DNA of 64,000 nucleotides from Histomonas meleagridis 2922-C6/04-290x (Eukaryota; Protista; Parabasalia): NCBI GenBank assembly GCA_020184695.1, contig JAANOX010000017.1, positions 1 to 64,000 of the forward strand, read 5' to 3'. Shown piece by piece: positions 54,532 to 64,000 of this stretch (position 1 is its first letter; each line of letters starts with the position of its first letter). The notes under the pieces were generated by a model. It saw only the letters and a program-made list of their open reading frames with translations, ran no database searches and was not told where the DNA came from. The position numbers and the translations under genes were made by a program.

Positions 54532-55107
54532 ATGGAAGAAGAAACAGATTTTTGTTGTGAAATCTCTTTAGCAGGTGAAAGCGCAGTTGGCAAAACCAGC
54601 TTTATGATGCGTCTTCATAAAGATACATTTGGAGATCAATTTATTTATACAATTCAACCTGATTTTATAAAGAAAGATTTAGAAATCGAAGGTAAACACA
54701 TAAAAGTACGAATTTGGGATATGAATGGACAAGAAAAACATGTGTACATCAAATCTCAATCGTATAACGATGCAAAAGGAGTAATTCTTCTCTACGATAT
54801 TACAAGAAGAACTACATTTCAAGCTATCTCATATTGGCTAAATCTTATTTCTAAAGAAGCTGGAAATGGAGTTATCATAATTCTTATTGGATCAAAATGC
54901 GATCTTGATGACATGCGAGAAATTTCAATTGAAGAAGGAATAGAACTCAGCAAAAGCAAGAACCTTATTTTTTATGAAACGTCAGCACTTAAAAATATTA
55001 ACATTAATGAAGTATTTGCAACATTAGTCAAAAAATTGCTTCTAAAACACAAAAACGAACAAAGGCCAGAACCAAATAACAACGGTAGGATGTGTAATAT
55101 ATCATAA
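54532..55107 (+). CDS. Divergent Rab-family small GTPase
   Basis: GESAVGKT, WDMNGQE, GSKCD, ETSA and a C-terminal Cys (CNIS). Confidence 0.9.
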   Translation: MEEETDFCCEISLAGESAVGKTSFMMRLHKDTFGDQFIYTIQPDFIKKDLEIEGKHIKVRIWDMNGQEKHVYIKSQSYNDAKGVILLYDITRRTTFQAISYWLNLISKEAGNGVIIILIGSKCDLDDMREISIEEGIELSKSKNLIFYETSALKNININEVFATLVKKLLLKHKNEQRPEPNNNGRMCNIS

Positions 55108-55416
55108 TGCTGAAAAAAATTAATATTTGATTATGTTAAATTTTAGAAATTTGTTATCTCTTTGCCGTTTGAAGCTCACTTAATGTAAATAATCAAATTT
55201 TTAATAAAAAATCACATGAAACATTAATTGATTTTCTCAATGATATTTTGAATATAAACACAATATAATACAATATCATTAAATAACAATAACTAGATAA
55301 ATTACGCAAAGAATAAAATAGAATAATTCAAAAAATTTATTTATATAATGTTTATTAACAATGAATGATATTATTTCTGCTTTTTTGCTTTCAGCATCGT
55401 AAAGTATCCAAAAAGT

Positions 55417-57705
55417 TTATTCAAAATCATTCAAAAAGCTGAAATTTGAATAGAAATTAAGTTTTGAAGAATGGACGATAAGGTTTGCCAAGTGCGGCGG
55501 GAAAGAAGTCGTTCTGTTGGTATAATTTGGCATTACCGACAACCAAGACAAATGCGAAAGTTCTCTTACCGACGACAACAATATCTTATTTGGGTCTTCA
55601 CCACTTTTTGGCAAGTAATAAGAAACTATATAAGGCTGATGATTTTTAGCAACAACGAAGCAAGAAGCCAAAGGCTTTTCCAAGTACCCGGTGGTAGGGA
55701 GTGCTTGCTCGTGTTGAGTTATCAGACAAATATCGTCATTAGTATTAATTTTTGTATTTATCTGAACATGCAAAGCTGGCGATATCGTAAACACTTTAAC
55801 AAAGTTTAATCTCGAGAAGGACGCGACGTTATCATGCGTTATCCCCTCACCCAAAACGAACAATGTAATTTCAATTTTAATATTGGAATATTTATTTCTC
55901 AGTTCGTCGAAGACATTATCCATTTGTACGACGTCATTCACGTTAAACTTCGATAACACAGAGCCAATGTCATCCATCCAAATCGAAACCTTCGTTTCTG
56001 TGTCCCAACAAACGCTCATTTTAAGCACATTTTCATTTTGTCTTTTTAATATGAATATTGGCTGATATCTAAACCCGAAGAACATATTATCTATTTTAAT
56101 GTCTGTCTTGTTTACACTTTGAAGGTTAATAAATCCTTCTGGATGTTCGAAATATAATCGAATTCTTGAATAAAGCATAAATGCTAAAGATTTGATTTTT
56201 TTTGAAGCAAAAAAATGAATCATTGAACTATTAATATAAAAGAAATTCATGTGAAATTGATCAAGTCGAATGTCATAAGAATTGTTGATGTAAATTCCAA
56301 CCGTTTGGTACTTTGAAAATTCAATGGATTTATTTTCCTTACAAAAAGTCGAAATTGTATTAAAAAGTTCTTTCGATTGAGAGGTATACAAATTTTGGTT
56401 TCGCGGAAATTCTTTTAATTCGCCAAATCCATATTTCGAATAATAATGCGCAAGTTGTCTCATAAAGTTCTTTATCGAACTTGTTTTATTCGACAACTCT
56501 GCAAAGATAACATAATAAACAGATTTTTTTCCAGAAATAGGCAAATATTTCATTGAATCCCAATTACCAATGATCTTGTCTGCTGAAACTTCAATGAGTC
56601 GGTCACCTTGTCGAACAACTAAAAATGGAATTCCCAATTTTAAAAAATTGGTATCAGTAATTCCGGTTAAATTTCGAGTGAAAAACGGCGCAATAACACA
56701 TGACTTCTTTGTTAGTAACTCATAAAACGTAAGGTTTTGTTGCCTCTTAATTTGTATATTGTGCTTTGTGGATGGCATTATTGGATGTTCTCCAAGTGAA
56801 TAAAAGACTTTTTCAAGTATAGTTTCATCAGTGATTTCTTCATTAAGAATATCTTTAAATGATAAAGAAGTATTAGAATTAATATATGATGTGACTTGCG
56901 TTGGCTTTTTTGGTGGCGTGAAGAATCTGAAGTCGCAAAGAAAGTTAAACTTACTGAAGTCTTGTTGCTTAGAAGAAAGAACAAGTTCTTGTATGAAAAT
57001 TTCAGTAAGTGTTTGGGATGGATGAAGAAGCACGAAAAATTGAATTTGTGACCGAACAAACTCAAATCGTTTGAAGGTTACATCAAGAACAACGATCTTG
57101 TCTTTGCTTGATTCGACAACATAAAAGGGATCATCATATGGAGATATTAAAATGTAACTACCAGATTTGACATCGTTACATTCAAATTGGATATCAATTT
57201 TGTTGTGAATTATTGTTCGATAACATAAATTAATTCCTTTAAAAATGGGAATTTGTTTGAAAATAAATGGAACACCTATCCCATTGGTTCCCCTGAAAAG
57301 TAAAAAAGAGGAAAAGTAAATAGGTTTTAAGTCAAAATATAAATAATATAAATACAAATTTAATGAACGCTGAAAATCATTAACAATATCAGGTGGGAAA
57401 TGCATGCCAATGTTCCACGTAAAAGTTGAGCTATCTAAATAATTTGGTATTGGGAAATTTTGATATTTTTGAAAAAGATCAAAACTAACAACAATTGGGT
57501 TATCTGATTTTAGTGGATAATAAGAGGGAGTTTGAGGTAAGTATATAGAAGGAATTTCTGAATTTGCAAGAAGATGTGAAAAAGCAAGTAATCTATAATC
57601 TTCATCCTTTTTCCGGACACCAGTTATATTTGGCACAAATTGGAATATAATAACAGCAATTCTATTCTGTGATGTGCTTGTAAGATTCCATTGGCCATTT
57701 TCCAT
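55417..57705 (-). CDS. Hypothetical protein with a MED13-like C-terminus
   Basis: ELSHLSWLSVMPNYTNRTTSFPPHLANL resembles the MED13 C-terminal LSWL...R.S.LP.H motif. Confidence 0.4.
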   Translation of the reverse strand: MENGQWNLTSTSQNRIAVIIFQFVPNITGVRKKDEDYRLLAFSHLLANSEIPSIYLPQTPSYYPLKSDNPIVVSFDLFQKYQNFPIPNYLDSSTFTWNIGMHFPPDIVNDFQRSLNLYLYYLYFDLKPIYFSSFLLFRGTNGIGVPFIFKQIPIFKGINLCYRTIIHNKIDIQFECNDVKSGSYILISPYDDPFYVVESSKDKIVVLDVTFKRFEFVRSQIQFFVLLHPSQTLTEIFIQELVLSSKQQDFSKFNFLCDFRFFTPPKKPTQVTSYINSNTSLSFKDILNEEITDETILEKVFYSLGEHPIMPSTKHNIQIKRQQNLTFYELLTKKSCVIAPFFTRNLTGITDTNFLKLGIPFLVVRQGDRLIEVSADKIIGNWDSMKYLPISGKKSVYYVIFAELSNKTSSIKNFMRQLAHYYSKYGFGELKEFPRNQNLYTSQSKELFNTISTFCKENKSIEFSKYQTVGIYINNSYDIRLDQFHMNFFYINSSMIHFFASKKIKSLAFMLYSRIRLYFEHPEGFINLQSVNKTDIKIDNMFFGFRYQPIFILKRQNENVLKMSVCWDTETKVSIWMDDIGSVLSKFNVNDVVQMDNVFDELRNKYSNIKIEITLFVLGEGITHDNVASFSRLNFVKVFTISPALHVQINTKINTNDDICLITQHEQALPTTGYLEKPLASCFVVAKNHQPYIVSYYLPKSGEDPNKILLSSVRELSHLSWLSVMPNYTNRTTSFPPHLANLIVHSSKLNFYSNFSFLNDFE

Positions 57706-57808
57706 TTCCACTTTTCAATTGGATTCTTCACTTTTTGAATCACCTCATACAATCTCCACGACATGTCGTTGTATGAATTTTACGTTAAAAACGAACGTTT
57801 AAATCAAC

Positions 57809-58966
57809 ATGAGAGCATCGAATTACATATCAAAACCGAGTCAAATTGTCCAAGAAAGAATCAACGAAATTGCAGAACAAAGAGTTAGATTTATTATTGA
57901 TCCAAAAGGACCCTCAAAATTTATTGTTAAACCAATTGAAAATAAAAAAGAATCATTTACAGTTAGTATAGGAACAAATCAAATATGCACCTGTAATGAC
58001 CATGAAATATGTATTCATATCCTCTATGTTATGATCCGTTATTTTGGAGTTCCTAAAGAAAATGATATTCTTTGGCAAAAATCTCTCACTGACTATGAAA
58101 TTGATAATGTTCTCAATGGTCGGGTAAGACGAATTGCCACTGTTAAACCTCAACCTCTTTACAGAACAAAATCTGGAAAGTCTAAAGTTAAAAGATTACC
58201 AATTGGTGACGAAGATGTTTGTCCTATATGTTATGATTCCCTCAAAGATTGTGATAAAAATAAGATTGCATGGTGTCGTCGAGGATGTGGAGGAAATTTC
58301 CATCGTAAATGTGTAAAAGCTTGGATTGATTCACGTAAAGCCTATGGCGAACAAGCCACCTGTCCTTTGTGTCGCCAGCCTCTTGATGTTCTTGGCTTAA
58401 ATCCTCCGCCAAAAAAGCCACCACCAGATACACCACCTCCACTTACACAAGAAGAAATTCGTGATTTAATGACACGGGAACTATCACCTGATGACTATGA
58501 TTTACTTCTTCGCCTTGATCAACATCAACATACGCATCTGAATCCACCACTGCATCACCAGGTTCGACCTAAAAGTAATATAAAACGCACAAAAGTACAA
58601 ATTATTTCTCCGCGAACAAAAACTAAAGTTAATTTGGATTTACAAATAACTGGAAAAAGATTAACACAAGAACAAAATGATATAAATAGAAAAGTATTTG
58701 CTCCAAATCATTTAATTAGTAAAGAACATCAAAATCATCAAATAACAAAACCATTTTCAGGAGAAATAAAAGGAATAAAAATGATGAAACTTAATGAAAA
58801 AGAAGAAAATGTTGAAAGAAGACATCCAAACGCATTAATTGTTAACCCTGGAGCTAATGGAAGAAGAAGAATTATACCGCCAAAAAAGCAGATGAAAGAA
58901 GTAAAAAAGATCGACAGAAATGAGGAAATAGAATTAATCGTTGCCACAAATAGTAATATATTTTAA
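57809..58966 (+). CDS. SWIM + RING zinc-finger E3 ligase (ZSWIM2/MEKK1-like)
   Basis: CTCN..ICIH (SWIM) and CPIC...CRRGCGGNFH..C...CPLC (RING). Confidence 0.85.
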   Translation: MRASNYISKPSQIVQERINEIAEQRVRFIIDPKGPSKFIVKPIENKKESFTVSIGTNQICTCNDHEICIHILYVMIRYFGVPKENDILWQKSLTDYEIDNVLNGRVRRIATVKPQPLYRTKSGKSKVKRLPIGDEDVCPICYDSLKDCDKNKIAWCRRGCGGNFHRKCVKAWIDSRKAYGEQATCPLCRQPLDVLGLNPPPKKPPPDTPPPLTQEEIRDLMTRELSPDDYDLLLRLDQHQHTHLNPPLHHQVRPKSNIKRTKVQIISPRTKTKVNLDLQITGKRLTQEQNDINRKVFAPNHLISKEHQNHQITKPFSGEIKGIKMMKLNEKEENVERRHPNALIVNPGANGRRRIIPPKKQMKEVKKIDRNEEIELIVATNSNIF

Positions 58967-59086
58967 TAATATGCGGCTTTATTAAATATTTGTATGAATT
59001 TATTTTTATTTATTTTGAAAAAATACACATGAATAAAATGCAATTTTTTTTATTATTTTTATTTAAATAAATTTAAATTCGAAAAT

Positions 59087-59344
59087 TTAATTGATCTTTG
59101 AGCGGCATTCGACATTTTCGCCAAGCTTAATGCGGCCTCCAGTAGGATATGCAAGGGTAACACCACATTCTTCGCAGATGACGGGAGTGTTTGAGTGTGA
59201 GAAGGCTGTTGTGATGTTCATGCAGCTTGGGCAACGAAGAGAAAGGAATTCTGAGCGAGGGTTTGGAATGAGTGTCTTCTTCTTGTTTGTATGCATTTCT
59301 TGCTCAACAGTAGGATGGAGTATGTCACAATCGAGAGTAGACAT
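59087..59344 (-). CDS. RPS27: 40S ribosomal protein S27
   Basis: DILHP...KKKTLIPNPRSEF..RCPSC..ITTAFSH....VICEEC...LAYPTGGRIKL. Confidence 0.95.
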   Translation of the reverse strand: MSTLDCDILHPTVEQEMHTNKKKTLIPNPRSEFLSLRCPSCMNITTAFSHSNTPVICEECGVTLAYPTGGRIKLGENVECRSKIN

Positions 59345-59727
59345 TAATAAATAATGATATCATTTGAGAGTTAATTCAAATGCTCTCTTTTTTGCACAGC
59401 AAAGCAAGAGAATTTGAATGCAAAATTTTTGGAAATGAAGCATTCAATTCTTGGCCAACCGAAAAAATAATACAAAAAGTTAACATATCATTTACGCGTG
59501 TGAAGTGATCTTCTTGTTCAATTGTTTCTAACCAAAGAACTCATTTAATTCATAAAATAGCAGAATATCACATGAACATACCCAATATTAAATATCTAAT
59601 TCAAATAATTCCAAGTTCTATTTAAATAATTTCAAATGCAAAGTTTTAAATGAGTTTAAAAATAAAAACTTAAGTCAAACAATACAAAAATAATAAAAAA
59701 GGAAATTACATTTAAGAACATCATAAG

Positions 59728-61560
59728 TTAATTCTTTGACTTTTTTTCTCTCAGCTTACATAGATACGAATAAATTCGCGGGTCAATATAAAAGTCGTTT
59801 CCCTTAAATCCTCCGACTGTTCTCTTTATTGCTGCGACTGTTTCCTTGTCGATCACTCCGCTTGTTGGATGCGTTTTTGGTAAAATTCCTTTGTCCAAAA
59901 GCACCTTTTGTATCACAAGAACTTTCTCATATAGAAAGCATTTAGTGTCAATTAATGGATTCACTCTCCAAAGCTCTTCAAAATTCCGTAACATTTCAGG
60001 AAGCATTGAGATTCGAAATTTCCTAAATCGATTATATGTCATTAAAATCAAATTTGAAAACAAGTTAACGTCTTCGATAAGATCCACAAACTTAGAGATG
60101 TCGATTAATATCATTTCTTTTTCTTTCATTTCTTCTGCTTGGATGTGCATTAACGTTCCCCGTATCGTCGGTATCGCTTGGAAATTCTGAACAACCGTCG
60201 ACAAGGTCTTTTTCGTAAACGATTGAACAGATCTGAACCTGTAAACGGGCGCCGACTTTGTCATGTCTCCAGTGTAATATATGAGCGCAGGGAAAGGATT
60301 ACTCAAGAAGGAAGGGAACGCATACACTTCAAATCCGGGGAGTTCTATTTCTTCTTCTGATTCAAGTATTATGTCTTCAATCTCGCTTGACTTAAATGGG
60401 AATAAAAGATATGGAGGTACTCTTAGAGGTCTTGTTTGTATGAACTCATATGAGATTCCAAGTTGTGTAACCAAGAAATTTGTTTTTGATGTTTTAAGAG
60501 AATTGATAGAATAATTTTCAAGAATAAAAATTATTGATGGCAAAATATATATACGCGCTTCGGAAAGAGCAGCTACAAAGAACTGAAAACTTTCATCAGC
60601 GCCAATCGGTGAGTTATCAACAGACAGAACTGAGTTGAGATACTCAACGGCATTGAGGAGAACGTTAGTCATCAATGTAACCGTCGGCTGCGTTGTCAGC
60701 TTCCGGAGCTCGAGGATGACGTGGCGAATAGCAGGGATGATGAACGAATCATCGTCGTCAAAGAGAGGAGGTAGGGAGGATGAGTTTGGAAGATCTTTGA
60801 AATTAAAATTAAATTTAGCATCGGAATTTTTGTTCTTGGATATGCGAGTTAGGAATTCTTCTTTGATTTTAAGAGAGGTAAGTTTGTCATTAACTAAAAG
60901 TCGACAGTTTTCGGTAAATTGGAAATCAGCAAGTGGATTAGAAAAGGATTTACGCATGGTATTGAATGTAAAAAAAGAAAGAATCATTTCGCTGATGGCT
61001 ATGGAAGCATTCTTTTCGAGTTTCTGTGGCTTGAGAAGATTATGAATTTGAAAAACTGATTGTTTGTGATTGGCTGGATTGTATTGTATTGCAATTTTTA
61101 ATATCGATGTTATGAAGGATGAGTCGTTGGAAAAAAGAGGAAAAATTATGTCATAAGGAAATAGATAAGAAAGCATTTTCATGAGATCTTCAATTGATGA
61201 TTCACTATCAAATGTACCAACGCCCATTAACTCTTTAGCAGCAATTTGGTGGCCGTAGATTTCGTCAAGATATTTTGAAAGAGGAAACTTGCTCATTACA
61301 AAGATATGACATGAAACTGCTGCTTTCATGGGACATACTTTTAGATATACTTTGCTTAGCTCTTCCAAGTAAGCCACATACATTTGGTGTAATATTGAGA
61401 ATATTCTGATTTTAAAAATTAAAATATTGATTTCATTTTCTTCAACATTTTTCAATAGCGACATTGCACTAACCTGTCCGGTCATTAGCTTGTATTCACA
61501 TTCAATTTGACAAATTCTGTTTTTTACTGCTTCATTAATTAAATCCAAAGCATTGATCAT
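59728..61560 (-). CDS. VPS9-domain (Rab5 GEF-like) protein
   Basis: PIGADESFQFFVAALSEA matches the VPS9 GADD-type motif. Confidence 0.7.
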   Translation of the reverse strand: MINALDLINEAVKNRICQIECEYKLMTGQVSAMSLLKNVEENEINILIFKIRIFSILHQMYVAYLEELSKVYLKVCPMKAAVSCHIFVMSKFPLSKYLDEIYGHQIAAKELMGVGTFDSESSIEDLMKMLSYLFPYDIIFPLFSNDSSFITSILKIAIQYNPANHKQSVFQIHNLLKPQKLEKNASIAISEMILSFFTFNTMRKSFSNPLADFQFTENCRLLVNDKLTSLKIKEEFLTRISKNKNSDAKFNFNFKDLPNSSSLPPLFDDDDSFIIPAIRHVILELRKLTTQPTVTLMTNVLLNAVEYLNSVLSVDNSPIGADESFQFFVAALSEARIYILPSIIFILENYSINSLKTSKTNFLVTQLGISYEFIQTRPLRVPPYLLFPFKSSEIEDIILESEEEIELPGFEVYAFPSFLSNPFPALIYYTGDMTKSAPVYRFRSVQSFTKKTLSTVVQNFQAIPTIRGTLMHIQAEEMKEKEMILIDISKFVDLIEDVNLFSNLILMTYNRFRKFRISMLPEMLRNFEELWRVNPLIDTKCFLYEKVLVIQKVLLDKGILPKTHPTSGVIDKETVAAIKRTVGGFKGNDFYIDPRIYSYLCKLREKKSKN

Positions 61561-61696
61561 ATGATGACCGTTAATTAATTGAGTAACCGTTTGAATTTAT
61601 GATGATTACCGAAATCTGTTTCGAGATCTTTATATTCAGTATTAAAATATGAATTCCGAAATATAATCACAAAACAATTAATATATATTTAGGTAA

Positions 61697-61841
61697 TTTT
61701 TTTTTTTTTTTTTTTTTTACTTTTATTTTATTTTATTTGAAATTTTGATTCATGTGGTTTTATATTGTTCATGTGATTTCATACAAAGCAAGAATTTGGA
61801 TTTATATTATGCTGAAATCAAAAAAAAAAAAAAAAAAAAAA
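61697..61841. repeat. T22 and A22 tracts 101 nt apart (homopolymer inverted repeat)
   Basis: T at 61697-61718 and A at 61820-61841. Confidence 0.85.
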
Positions 61842-62148
61842 TCAAGTCTAAAGTATACTTATCTCATCAAAAAGCTTATAGTGTTTTTTCTTTTGGGCAA
61901 GGTGCCCCTAACGATAGGAGTTGAATAAGTGCCACTTTTAGAACAGGATCTTGTAAATGAAGTCTAATAAAAGAGCAATTATGATCAAAAAAATTGATTA
62001 AACATCTCTACATAAAACATATTTGGTTATATTTAAATATCATTAAAATCTAAATTGTATTTGATTGTTTGAGCTGATATGAAAGTTTTGTCTCATAAGT
62101 TGATTTAAAAATTTACAAATAATGTTTAAAAATTGTCTATCCAAATGT

Positions 62149-64000
62149 TCAATTTCCTTTATACTCAAGAAGCAAATTCACTATTTCTGTATGTTCATTT
62201 AGAGATGCCATTTCAAGTGCTGTATATTGTGAAATAAAAAATTCTTAAATATTAATTTAAAATGTTAAATTATTTTAATCAATATTCAATAAACTAAATT
62301 AATTTTTTTAACATTAACATCTATGTCTTTTTGTTTAAGAAGTAATTTTACTATATCTATGTAACCTTCTTCAGCTGCCCACATAAGTGCTGTATAAAAT
62401 AATTTAAATTATTTTCAAGTATTATTTTTATATATCAAAATAATAAAATAAACAGAAAATAAAATAAATAAATATTAACAGCATTAATATCAATTCCTTC
62501 TTGTTCAAGAAGTAATTTAACTATTTCTGTATAACCATATCCAGATGCTTCAATAAGTGCCGTATCATACAATATAAAATATTTCTAAATATTACTTTGA
62601 AATAATAAATAATTAAAACAGCCTTTAAACAATCGAAACAAATATCTTTAACATTAATATCAATTCCTTTTTGTTCAAGAAGTAATTTAACTATTTCTGT
62701 ATAACCACATGAAGATGCCAAAATAAGTGCTGTTCTGAATAATTTAAATAATTTCCAAATATTATTTTGAAATATAAAATTATTATAATAAATAATATCT
62801 TTAGCATTAATATCAATTTCTTCTTGTTCAAGAAGTAATTTAACGATTTCTATGTGATTTTCCTCACATGCTTTTATAATAGCTGTTTTAAATAATTTAA
62901 TTAATTTCCAAATATTTTTATTAAAACATCAATTTATTAAAATAAATATTAAACAAAACAAATAAATATCTTGTTCATTGATATTAATTGATCTTTGTTC
63001 AAGAAGTAATTTAACTATATCAATATGATTAAATTCAGATGCCCATATAAGTAATGTATAAAATAATTTATATAATTTCCAAATGTTATTTATAAATATT
63101 AAAATATCAAAATAAGTATCAAATATTATAAATCATCTAATTTTTTTATTTTAGTTCCTTTATGCACAATAAGTAATTTAATTATATCTGTATAACCAAA
63201 TAGATAAGCAACATAAAGTGCTGTTTGAAATAAATTAAATAATTTCCAAATATTATTTTGAAATATTAAATTATTAAAATAAATTTCAAATAAAACTATT
63301 CAATATTTTCAGCATTTGTATCAATTTCTTCATGTTCAAGAAGTAATTTAACTATATCTGTATAACCAAATGCGGTTGCTTTTATAAGTGCTGTTTCAAA
63401 TAATTTTAACAAATTCCAAATATTATTTAGAAAGATAAAATCATAAAAATAAATTTCAAATAAAATAAATGAATACTTTTAGCATTAACATCAATTCCTT
63501 CTTGTTTAATAAGTAAAATAACTATATCTTTATAATTATTTTGTGCTGCAAGGAAAAGTGCTGTATCAAATAAATTAAATAATTTCCAAATATTATTTTG
63601 AAATATAAAATTATTAAAATAAATATCAAATAAAACAAATAAATATTTTTAGCATTAACATCAATTCCTTCATGTTCTAAAACATATTTAATAAGCTCAA
63701 TATTATTTGAATTTGCGGAAAAAGCCAAAATATTTATAGGGATTTGATTTTCTTTCAGAAAATATTTAACAAGATATAAGTTACCATATCTTGCTGCGTT
63801 ATTAATAACATTGTTGTTTATTTTCATTCCTTCTTCAAGTAGAAAATTAAAAATTTCATAATTATGATAACAAATACATACTCCACTTAGTGTTTCTAAT
63901 TTTTTGATTTTTTCGAATTTATTTTCATAAAGATATTTAAAGATATCATTTTGATGGAATTTTATTGCTGTTTCATATGCACCTTCAAATGATGAATGAT
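62149..64000 (-). CDS. DUF3447-type ankyrin repeat protein (5' end outside the window) split by nine non-GT-AG inserts
   Basis: The frame is open from the window edge to DVNAKNI. Eight internal segments of exactly 102 nt each encode one stop-free 34-aa ankyrin repeat; stop TGA at 62149-62151. Confidence 0.85.

Noticed and set aside
61561-61640. Possible C/D snoRNA (ATGATGA boxes)
   Set aside because: No suitably placed CTGA D box or terminal stem.
62149-63700. Canonical GT-AG splicing of the ankyrin inserts using the CAG in ACA-GCA (Thr-Ala)
   Set aside because: Most units have no GT at the 5' side. The AG is absent in two units (ACA TTA, ACG GCA), and using it would delete the conserved Thr and shorten the repeat.
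62149-63700. AT-AC (U12-type) introns using AT of (G/A)AT ATT and AC of the Thr codon
   Set aside because: The phases do not restore the frame, there is no ATATCC or TCCTTAAC consensus, and the 25-kb inserts lack the AC.

Overview
AT-rich eukaryotic DNA with compact genes and no recognisable GT-AG introns, standard genetic code. The gene content points to a parabasalid (trichomonad/Histomonas-like): BspA LRR surface proteins, DUF3447-type ankyrin families, TCAYT initiator motifs and an IS481-like transposon. Conserved genes include V-ATPase E, RtcB, N6AMT1/HEMK2, RPS27, a Rab, TBC and VPS9 proteins, a SWIM-RING E3 and tRNA-Lys(UUU). Two observations stand out. (1) Three ankyrin genes (16.3-17.2, 25.2-26.5, 62.1-64.0 kb) carry 16 A/T-rich inserts of 51-69 nt, all at the same point of the ankyrin repeat and without GT-AG or AT-AC ends. 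Removing them restores exact 33- or 34-residue repeats and, in two genes, a continuous ORF. This suggests a non-canonical intron-like or translational-bypass system. (2) An 840-bp gene (34921-35760) is built like an antimicrobial-peptide polyprotein: six amphipathic peptides behind acidic spacers ending in E-N/K, plus a C-terminal CX3C-X7-CX3C module. All calls were made by eye, without database searches.
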